This document shows, piece by piece, positions 1 through 7,766 of a DNA stretch of 37,343 bases. The notes under the pieces were generated by a model. The model did no database searches. It was not told the origin of the DNA and worked only from the letters and a program-made list of their open reading frames with translations. Within the stretch, counting starts at the first letter, position 1. Every line of letters begins with the position of its first letter. The stretch is from the IMG/VR virus record IMGVR_UViG_3300009506_000104, positions 1 to 37,343 of that record. One strand, 5' to 3'. The stretch is from a virus (lineage: Duplodnaviria > Caudoviricetes). Both the position numbers and the translations under genes were made by a program.

Positions 1-16
1 CCAGATTCTTAAGGGC

Positions 17-39
17 AAGTAATACAAAGTAATACAAAG
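17..39 (+). repeat. 10-bp tandem repeat AAGTAATACA x2.3
   Basis: aagtaataca-aagtaataca-aag read directly upstream of terS. Confidence 0.7.
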
Positions 40-61
40 CAGAAAAAGAAAAACTAGGGGA

Positions 62-91
62 TTGATTAATATATTTAATACTAGAGATAAT
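62..91 (+). promoter_or_regulatory. Possible sigma70-like promoter for the virion operon
   Basis: TTGATT (62-67), 18-nt spacer, GATAAT (86-91); the region is very AT-rich so a chance match is possible. Confidence 0.25.
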
Positions 92-126
92 TTATAAGAT
101 CAAAAATTAAAAGGGGAGAGTTAGGT

Positions 127-876
127 TTGGCAATTAAGGTTAGAAAGAAAACAAGGAACATAAGTGACCTTTCTGAAGCAGAGAAATACATGATACTTGA
201 TTTATATATTAAAGGTCAGAATACTGTTAGAGAGATAGGAGAGAAGGTCAGTCTAACAAGAAAGGATTGTGATGAGTTCCTTCTTGACTTCTATACTAAA
301 CTTGTTAATAGAAGGGAAACCAATTCCCTCATTGCTTCTACTAACTTAGGTGGAGTAGTTGCTCCTCATAAATTCAATCACCCATCTTATGTAAATGATA
401 AATTCCTCTCTCTGCTATCTCCTCCTGACTCAGAGGAATTAACACAGGAAGAATTGAATTACTGTTACTTACTTGTAGAAACTAATGATAATATAGTTGC
501 TATGAAGGAAAGTGGAATGGATGTAGGTCTCTTATCTAGTGGTAGGAATAAAGCAGATAAAGAGAAGTATCTGATGCTAAGGAGTAGATATCTACAGAAG
601 AAGAGTAATGTCAGTTCAATGCTTTCTGAGATGAGAGATAAAAAGTATGATGAGATTACTAAAACCTTATCGCCTGTTAGACTTCAGCATGAACTCTTAG
701 AACAATACGAAGCTAGTAAGGCTGCTGGAGATAGAAGATCAGCTATCTCTTTGCTTAGACAATTAGGTGAGAGTATAGCAATGTTCTCTAATAAATTACA
801 AATAGAAGATGTTAATCCAGACAAGGTACTTACCAACCTTATAGAAATGGCTAAAGAGGCAGAGGTAATTGAATGA
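127..876 (+). CDS. terS: Putative terminase small subunit
   Basis: Directly upstream of terL with ATGA overlap; N-terminal HTH-like segment; C-terminal AISLLRQLGESIAMF resembles the TerS ALELLGKHLGMF-type motif; TTG start after AAGGGGAG. Confidence 0.65.
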   Translation: MAIKVRKKTRNISDLSEAEKYMILDLYIKGQNTVREIGEKVSLTRKDCDEFLLDFYTKLVNRRETNSLIASTNLGGVVAPHKFNHPSYVNDKFLSLLSPPDSEELTQEELNYCYLLVETNDNIVAMKESGMDVGLLSSGRNKADKEKYLMLRSRYLQKKSNVSSMLSEMRDKKYDEITKTLSPVRLQHELLEQYEASKAAGDRRSAISLLRQLGESIAMFSNKLQIEDVNPDKVLTNLIEMAKEAEVIE

Positions 877-2255
877 CAGTTAATGAAAAAGCAGCTATAC
901 TGTTACACACATATAAAAATAATATAAATGCTTTCTTCACTACTGCACTAGGGGTAGAGTTAGATGAACAACAAATCTCTCTGCTTAAAAAAGCAATTCA
1001 TCCCGGGGCACGTATAGTAGTAAGGTCAGCTCGTGGTACTGGTAAAACATTTCTATTAGCAGGCATAACCTTATGGTTTGTTCTATGCTACGATGATGTA
1101 TATGTCAGGGTACTCTCCCCCTCATACTCTCAGCTAACTACAGTATTTATGAGGGAAGTAAGGAAACTTCATGCTAAATTACCTAGGGTATTAGCAGAGT
1201 TAATAGAGATATTCTCGGACAGGATAGTATCTAAAATGAACCCTATTAACATGGCTCAATGTGTTACTGCTAATGCGGATAAGCCTGAGAATCTATCTGG
1301 ACAACATGCTGATACACAGGTAATACTTTATGATGAGATGTCAGCTATCGAAGATGAAGTATTCAATATTACACTAGGTTCTCTAGGTACTGCTGCAGGA
1401 TTAGGGTATGTTATAGGGGTGTCTAACCCTACTAGGAGATCAGGATTTTATGCTGAATTATTTGAGAAAAAATTAGACGATTGGGATTTATTCACTTTTA
1501 ATGCTCATAAATGTCCACGTATACATAAGAAGTTTATTAAGGAGCAGAAAGATCTGTATGGAGAGGACAGTGACTACTATAGAATTAACGTACTTGGGGA
1601 GTTTCCAAGGGCAGATGGTTCAGTATTCATCCCTCCTGCTTTAGTAGATGAAGCACTAGAACGTAATATACCATACAAGGAATATATGCACCATGAGATA
1701 GTAATGGGTGCTGATATAGCTAGATCAAGATCAGGAGATGATACAGTATTTCTAATTAGACAGGGGCCAAAAGTAATAGACTTAATAGCTTTTAAGACTG
1801 ATGATACTATGGAAACTGTAGCTAGAATAAGAGATACTGTACTACAATATAAGGTTAAAAGAGTTTTTATTGATGCTACTGGAGTAGGTGGTCCTGTAGG
1901 GGATAGGGCAAGAGAGTTAGGGTTACCTGTAATAGATGTAGTAGTAGGATCTAAGAGTACTGATCCTACACAATACTTTAACTTAAGAGCACAATTATAT
2001 GGTACAGCTAGAGAGTGGCTTACTACTGGTGATCTGATATATAATGAAAGATTAAAGAAAGAGTTAAGCACAGTCTTATGGGGTTACTCAAGTAAGATGA
2101 GTATTCAGTTAAAATCTAAGAAAGAAATGACTCAATCTCCTGATTATTCTGACTCCTTCTGCTTATCTTTATTTCCTTCTCACCTGAATGCTATTAATCG
2201 AAGAAGGAACTCGGGGAAGAGGAGTGTAAGAAAATCAAAGTATATTTTTGCTTAA
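873..2255 (+). CDS. terL: Terminase large subunit
   Basis: Walker A VRSARGTGKT, Walker B VILYDE, coupling motif SNP, RNase H-like nuclease motifs GADIAR, IDATGVG, SPDYSDS. Confidence 0.95.
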   Translation: MTVNEKAAILLHTYKNNINAFFTTALGVELDEQQISLLKKAIHPGARIVVRSARGTGKTFLLAGITLWFVLCYDDVYVRVLSPSYSQLTTVFMREVRKLHAKLPRVLAELIEIFSDRIVSKMNPINMAQCVTANADKPENLSGQHADTQVILYDEMSAIEDEVFNITLGSLGTAAGLGYVIGVSNPTRRSGFYAELFEKKLDDWDLFTFNAHKCPRIHKKFIKEQKDLYGEDSDYYRINVLGEFPRADGSVFIPPALVDEALERNIPYKEYMHHEIVMGADIARSRSGDDTVFLIRQGPKVIDLIAFKTDDTMETVARIRDTVLQYKVKRVFIDATGVGGPVGDRARELGLPVIDVVVGSKSTDPTQYFNLRAQLYGTAREWLTTGDLIYNERLKKELSTVLWGYSSKMSIQLKSKKEMTQSPDYSDSFCLSLFPSHLNAINRRRNSGKRSVRKSKYIFA

Positions 2256-2271
2256 CAATAAAGGAGAATAG

Positions 2272-4686
2272 ATGGATATTATAGTGAGAAGCCCTCAAGA
2301 ATCAATAGACTATCAAGAGGAGATGGAGAGTGCTGTAAATGATCTATACTCTGATATTGATGGGATAGAGGAAGAGAAACCTACTTACTCTGCTTTAGCA
2401 GGGGAGATTATGAGGGTTTTCCAAAAGAATAGAACTGCTAAACAGAATGCTGGTATAGAAGCTAATATAGCTGAAGACCTAAGAGCTGTATCAGGTGTAT
2501 ATGATCCAATAGATTTAGAAACTATCCTTGCTAATGGACAGTCTTCTATTTATATGAATCTTACCTCTACGAAATCTAGGGCAGCTCAATCTTGGATTAG
2601 AGACATTCTACTTAACCCTAATAATGATGCTTTTGCTATAGAGCCTTCTATGGCTCCTGCTCTCCCTCAAGAAATTGAGGATATGATAACTGATCACTTC
2701 GAGAAAGAGTTTGAGATAGTGATGCAAGAGAGAGGAGAGGAGGAGAGGAAGAAGAAGGAACAAGAGGCACAGGCAGAACAACAGGCACAAGGACAAGCAC
2801 AAGGACAAGAGCAACCATCTCCTCCACCTCCTAAACCTATGAAGGTAGCAGAGGCTCAGGATATGATGCTAGAACGCAATAGAACTGAGAGAGATGTTAG
2901 AGAAGCTATACTAGAAGAGATAAGAAATGTAGCTTTATTTGAAACTCAAGTCCTTGAGAAGAAGATTGTTAAACAGCTGAAAGAGGGGGATTGGGATCAA
3001 GCTCTCTCAGATTTTATTGAAGACTTCTGCACTTTCAGTGTAGCAGTGATGAAGGGACCTGTTATCACTAAGCAGAAGAATTTAGAATGGAGTAATGGTC
3101 AACCTATAGTTACAGAGAAACATATCTTTATGAATAAAAGAGTTTCTCCATATGATATATATCCTGATCCATCTTCCTGCTCGCCTCAAGAAGGTTCTTT
3201 TATAGAACATATAAGATTATCTGAAACTGAGTTAGTTAGTTTAAGGGGAGTAGACGGATATCATAAAGAAGCTATAGACGCTGTAATAGACATGGGTCCA
3301 TCTTCTTTTGCTATGTTTGATACTGGTATAGAAGCTGAAAAAGCTGACTTAGAGAGGAGAGGGGATACATTCTATGCTAATGAGGATGTGTATCATGGAT
3401 TGCACTTCTGGTCCTCTGTACCAGCTAGACTACTTGATGAATGGGATTTATGGGATAAGATAAAAGAACCGCCTCAAGATGGTAATACGATGTATGAGAT
3501 TGAGGCTATAATGGTAGGTCATGAGATTATTAAGTGTAAACTTAATGATGATCCTCTTAATCGTAGACCTTATTATAAAGCTTCTTATCAGAATATCCCG
3601 GGGTCCTTTTATGGTAGATCATTACCATCCTTGATGAGACCAATCCAGAGAATATGTAATGCTTGTGCTAGAGCACTAGTAACTAATATGGGATATTCTT
3701 CTGGACCTATCATTACAGTTAATATAGATAGATTAGCAGATGATGGAGATATAGATGAGCTAAGACCTCTTATGACTTTACAGACTACTAATGATCCTTC
3801 TGGTAATAGTGGAAGACCATTAGAAGCCTTTATGATCCCTTCTATTGCTAATGAACTTCTTGCTGTATATGATAAGTTTGAAATTAAAGCAGATGATGCT
3901 ACAGGAATACCACGGTATGCATATGGTAATGAGAGAGTGGGGGGAGCTGGACAAACTGCTTCTGGTCTTTCCATGCTTATGGAATCTGCTACTAAGAGTA
4001 TTAAGGATGCTATCAGGCACATCTCAAATGGTTTAATTATTCCGCGTGTAGAGTTAGAGTTCTACTGGTTACTCATCAAAGAGAATATTAAATATACAGG
4101 AGATATTAATGTAGTAGCTAAGGGTGCTGAGGCTATCACAGTCAAAGGTTCTCAAGAGATGAAGAGGAATGAGTTCCTCCAAGCTACTGCTAATCAGATA
4201 GATCAGCAATTAATGGGTCCAGAAGGTAGGGCAACACTCCTTAGAGAAATGGCTAAGGACTTAAATCTACCAGTATCCATTGTACCATCTAGATTGGAAC
4301 TTACTAAGAAGCAGAAAGAAGCTGCTAAGAACCAATCCCAGAATCAGCAGATGCAACAGCAATTAGAACAGCAGAAGAATCAAGTAGGACTTCAGGCTAC
4401 CCAATTGCAAGTAGAAGCACAACAGAATATGCATAGAGATACAATGCAAATTAAAGCTGCTGAGGTACAATTAAAAGAGCAGAAACAAACTACTGATGCT
4501 CAGATAGAACTTCAGAGAATGGAAACTCAGAAGGAGATAAGTTCAGGTAAGAATCTTACCTCTGCTAATAAAGCTATTAGAGATGATCAGCTTAAGAGAG
4601 AACTAGCAGACCAGAATGCAGCTATGAAACTTAAGGAGATAGAGAGTGCTCAGGGATCACAGGAAAGAAGACCTATTGAACAATAG
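2272..4686 (+). CDS. Portal protein (P22-like, long C-terminal coiled coil)
   Basis: Follows terL, 804 aa; RVSPYDIYPDP, PGSFYGRSLP, ADDATGIP..YG, TASGLSMLM motifs typical of podovirus portals; Gln-rich helical C-terminus; SD AAGGAG. Confidence 0.9.
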   Translation: MDIIVRSPQESIDYQEEMESAVNDLYSDIDGIEEEKPTYSALAGEIMRVFQKNRTAKQNAGIEANIAEDLRAVSGVYDPIDLETILANGQSSIYMNLTSTKSRAAQSWIRDILLNPNNDAFAIEPSMAPALPQEIEDMITDHFEKEFEIVMQERGEEERKKKEQEAQAEQQAQGQAQGQEQPSPPPPKPMKVAEAQDMMLERNRTERDVREAILEEIRNVALFETQVLEKKIVKQLKEGDWDQALSDFIEDFCTFSVAVMKGPVITKQKNLEWSNGQPIVTEKHIFMNKRVSPYDIYPDPSSCSPQEGSFIEHIRLSETELVSLRGVDGYHKEAIDAVIDMGPSSFAMFDTGIEAEKADLERRGDTFYANEDVYHGLHFWSSVPARLLDEWDLWDKIKEPPQDGNTMYEIEAIMVGHEIIKCKLNDDPLNRRPYYKASYQNIPGSFYGRSLPSLMRPIQRICNACARALVTNMGYSSGPIITVNIDRLADDGDIDELRPLMTLQTTNDPSGNSGRPLEAFMIPSIANELLAVYDKFEIKADDATGIPRYAYGNERVGGAGQTASGLSMLMESATKSIKDAIRHISNGLIIPRVELEFYWLLIKENIKYTGDINVVAKGAEAITVKGSQEMKRNEFLQATANQIDQQLMGPEGRATLLREMAKDLNLPVSIVPSRLELTKKQKEAAKNQSQNQQMQQQLEQQKNQVGLQATQLQVEAQQNMHRDTMQIKAAEVQLKEQKQTTDAQIELQRMETQKEISSGKNLTSANKAIRDDQLKRELADQNAAMKLKEIESAQGSQERRPIEQ

Positions 4687-4831
4687 AAGATTAATGAAAG
4701 AAACATTGGAGGAGGAGAGAGAAGCTGTGATAAAAGATTTGATAGCTTGCTCTTCATATGAGTTAATCAGATACTATCAAGGAGGTATAAAATTTCTTGA
4801 CAAACTGTTGAAAATTTATAATGAAGACTAA
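4646..4831 (+). CDS. Small post-portal hypothetical protein
   Basis: SD AAGGAG before GTG; RYYQGGIKFLDKL pattern resembles small genes commonly found between portal and scaffold. Confidence 0.7.
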   Translation: MLRDHRKEDLLNNRRLMKETLEEEREAVIKDLIACSSYELIRYYQGGIKFLDKLLKIYNED

Positions 4832-4837
4832 GCTTAA

Positions 4838-4870
4838 CCCCCCATCTCCTATAGATGGAACCATGGGGGC
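4838..4870 (+). promoter_or_regulatory. GC-rich structured leader upstream of the scaffold gene
   Basis: CCCCCAT (4839-4845) pairs with ATGGGGG (4863-4869); alternatively CCATCT (4842-4847) pairs with AGATGG (4853-4858); no U tract. Confidence 0.45.
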
Positions 4871-4890
4871 AATATCAAAAGAGGATATGA

Positions 4891-5898
4891 ATGGAAGAAT
4901 TTACAATTGAAGAATTGGAAAGGGAACTTTACGGAACTCCAGAGGTGAATGAGACTGCAAACTCTGAAACTGAGGAACCTTCTGATGAAGAGACCGAAGA
5001 GATAGGGAATGATAACGAGTTTGCTACTACCTCATTTGAAGACACTCCTTTTGCAGAAGAAGAGTCAGAAGAAGAGGAAGTAATCCAGACAGACGAAGAA
5101 ACCCTAGAAGCTACTAAAACTCAGAGCGAAGAGGCGGAGTACTGGAAACATAGATTTTCAACCTACAAGTCCTCAAATGATGTGACTAAATTCAATCTGA
5201 GAAAAGACGTTGCCAACCTTAAACAAGATAATGCTAAACTCCTAAAAGAGATTAGAAATCTAAAAGAGTATATTCAGAGTTCAGAAGTTAATAGCAAAGC
5301 ATCCTACTTCACCCAAGATGATATTGACATCCTAGGTGAGGAAGGTATTGCTGCTATACAGAAGAGTATTGATGCTGCTGTCAATCCGTTACAACAGCAA
5401 CTTAACCGAGCTAATCAAGAGAAAGAGGAGCTGATGGTTAAGGAAGCTGAGAGTATTAGTAGACAGGCTGTGGTTAAATTCTTTGCTAATCTAGAGGCAC
5501 TTGTCCCTGATTACGAGAAGATTAACGTTGACCCTGCTTTTATTAAGTACCTTGAAAGAACGGATGGAATGAGTGGTTATACATACCATGAACTATTTCG
5601 AATTGCTGAACAGGAAGGTAACGCTTATAAAGTAGCCAATTTCTTTAACGCTTTTTTGGATGAGCAGAGAGGTAATAAGAATGCTAGGACACAGAAACTA
5701 GATGCTAATATATCTCCTCGTTCAACTGCTTCCGCATCAAATCCCAAAGGGAAAGGGAAAAGGGAGGAACCTATCACCATGGAATTTATCGATAAATTTT
5801 ATGATGATGTAATGAAGGGTGGTGTGTATACTCCTAAAGAAGCTGAGAGGATTGAAGCCCGTATCGACAAAGCAATGATAGGGGGGAAGATCCAATGA
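4891..5898 (+). CDS. Capsid scaffolding protein
   Basis: Between portal and capsid; highly acidic disordered N-terminus, coiled coil, VPDYEKINVDPAFIKYL motif, short helical C-terminal domain. Confidence 0.8.
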   Translation: MEEFTIEELERELYGTPEVNETANSETEEPSDEETEEIGNDNEFATTSFEDTPFAEEESEEEEVIQTDEETLEATKTQSEEAEYWKHRFSTYKSSNDVTKFNLRKDVANLKQDNAKLLKEIRNLKEYIQSSEVNSKASYFTQDDIDILGEEGIAAIQKSIDAAVNPLQQQLNRANQEKEELMVKEAESISRQAVVKFFANLEALVPDYEKINVDPAFIKYLERTDGMSGYTYHELFRIAEQEGNAYKVANFFNAFLDEQRGNKNARTQKLDANISPRSTASASNPKGKGKREEPITMEFIDKFYDDVMKGGVYTPKEAERIEARIDKAMIGGKIQ

Positions 5899-5924
5899 AA
5901 ACGTAAAGAAATGGAGAATAACAA

Positions 5925-6863
5925 ATGGCTGGTGTAACGAGAGACGGTGGATACGGTGCGGATTATAATAGTGCTGGAACTAGTAAGTACGTACCACTTT
6001 TATTTGCGAAGAAAGCACTTCGTAGGTTTTATGCAACTTCTGCATATCAGATGATTGCTAATACAGATTACGAAGGTGAGATTAAGAAGATGGGTGATCA
6101 GGTACTTATTCGTAGGGCACCTGATATGACTATCTCTGATTATACGATTGGAGGTACCCTCTCTTATGAAGTACCGGAAGAGGCCAACACTGTGCTTGAC
6201 ATCGATCAGGCTAAGTCTTGGGCTTTCCGTATTGACGATATTGACCGTGTAGCATCCGATCTTAATCTGATGAATATGTTCGTAGAGAATGCTCAGAAGA
6301 AGATGCAGGTTACTATCGATACTAACTGTCTCGCTTATTGGGCAGCTGGTGCAGATGCGGATAACATTGGTTCCACTGCTGGTGTAATCAGTGGTAACTT
6401 GGACATGGGTGTTAACCTCACCCCACGAGTGATCACAGGTGGTTCTGCTGGTGATGCAGTAGAATGGCTACTTGATGCAGAGCAGGTACTTCGAGAGCAG
6501 AATGTTGATGGACAGTATTGGGCAGTAGTTCCTTATTGGTTCCTCAATACTCTTAGCTCTGGAGATCTTCGTAGAGCAGATATGACTGGTGATTCCAGCG
6601 GTATCCTTCGTACAGGTTTCAAGGGTGAAGTTAATGGTATGCAGATCATCGTTAACAACAACCTCCCTTGGAATGCAACTGACAGTGAGAGTACTGCATT
6701 AGTAGGTACTAAAGAGGCTATTACGTTTGCTATGCAACTGACTAAGAGTGAAATGCTCCGGATTCCGGATTCTTTTGGTGACTATTCTCGTGGACTGATT
6801 GTATTTGGTCGTGAGGTAGTTCAGCCTAAAGCACTCGTAGCAGCTATATTGCAACGAGCGTAA
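5925..6863 (+). CDS. Major capsid protein (HK97 fold, P22 gp5-like)
   Basis: NTDYEGEIKKMGDQVLI, IDQAKSWAFRIDD, DSFGDYSRGLIVFG motifs; position; followed by a terminator; distinct codon usage. Confidence 0.92.
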   Translation: MAGVTRDGGYGADYNSAGTSKYVPLLFAKKALRRFYATSAYQMIANTDYEGEIKKMGDQVLIRRAPDMTISDYTIGGTLSYEVPEEANTVLDIDQAKSWAFRIDDIDRVASDLNLMNMFVENAQKKMQVTIDTNCLAYWAAGADADNIGSTAGVISGNLDMGVNLTPRVITGGSAGDAVEWLLDAEQVLREQNVDGQYWAVVPYWFLNTLSSGDLRRADMTGDSSGILRTGFKGEVNGMQIIVNNNLPWNATDSESTALVGTKEAITFAMQLTKSEMLRIPDSFGDYSRGLIVFGREVVQPKALVAAILQRA

Positions 6864-6873
6864 GCTAATATTT

Positions 6874-6903
6874 GGGGGAGTCTTAGTTGCTCCCCCTTTC
6901 TTA
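6874..6903 (+). terminator. Rho-independent terminator after the capsid gene
   Basis: GGGGGAG-tcttagttg-CTCCCCC followed by TTTCTT. Confidence 0.8.
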
Positions 6904-6920
6904 TATGGAGAATAGAATAA

Positions 6921-7118
6921 ATGGCTAGGGATTCAAAAATTATACAGGTTAAAAGAGCTTCTGATGGTGCTCATATCGGTGTAACTGAAGAGATTTTTAG
7001 AAGTTATCCAAACAGATTTATCCTGCTTGATGATGAGAAGAAAGAAGAAATGGCTAAGGCTACTACTAAGAAGACACGTACTAGGAAGCCTAAAGAGATC
7101 GATGCAGATATAACCTAA
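6921..7118 (+). CDS. Hypothetical protein with basic C-terminal tail
   Basis: SD GGAG; 65 aa; post-capsid position. Confidence 0.75.
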   Translation: MARDSKIIQVKRASDGAHIGVTEEIFRSYPNRFILLDDEKKEEMAKATTKKTRTRKPKEIDADIT

Positions 7119-7144
7119 TTAAATAAAGGAGCCATTGAGTACTA

Positions 7145-7765
7145 GTGAATAGATTAACAATTGCACAAACAGTAAATACTCTTGCAGGTACTCAAGGAAC
7201 TGTAGACTCTACTACCTCTCCTGTTGGGTACCAATCTGTCTTAATCAATATGGTAGACAGAGCCTATAATGATATACAGATAATGAGAAAGGATTGGAAA
7301 TTTATGAGGGGAACTGTTAATATCCTTGTAAATGAAACAGATAGTTCCTATTCCAATCCTTCTGAAATAGCAGAGGTGGAGAGGGTAATATATGATAAAG
7401 ATCCATTAAGATTCATACATTATGATACAGCTATCTTAAGAGATTATACTCCCGGTAAACCAACTTATTACACCGTTAATCCTTTAGATAATACTATAAC
7501 TATAAATGATTTAGATACTAGTTATACTTGTACAGTACAGTATTATAGAACACCTGACGTAATGACAGCGAATACATCTATACCTATCATTCCTGCTCAA
7601 TACCACTCAGTTATAGTATATAAGACATTGATAGACCTAGGTGCTTATCTAGGTAACTACGACTTAATAACTAATTATGGAAACAAATACAGTATAGAGA
7701 TTGGACACCTAATGCGATCTCAGTTACCTAAGAAAGTTTTAAAACCTAGACCATTAGTGATATAA
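7145..7765 (+). CDS. Head-tail adaptor (tail tubular protein A-like)
   Basis: Position before the nozzle; WKFM, GKPTYY, PIIPAQYHSVIVY motifs typical of podovirus adaptors. Confidence 0.75.
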   Translation: MNRLTIAQTVNTLAGTQGTVDSTTSPVGYQSVLINMVDRAYNDIQIMRKDWKFMRGTVNILVNETDSSYSNPSEIAEVERVIYDKDPLRFIHYDTAILRDYTPGKPTYYTVNPLDNTITINDLDTSYTCTVQYYRTPDVMTANTSIPIIPAQYHSVIVYKTLIDLGAYLGNYDLITNYGNKYSIEIGHLMRSQLPKKVLKPRPLVI

Positions 7766-7766
7766 C

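Noticed and set aside
2262-6920. Recurring GGAGAATA before portal, capsid and post-capsid genes as a phage promoter
   Set aside because: Explained by Shine-Dalgarno plus an AT-rich spacer; too short to call
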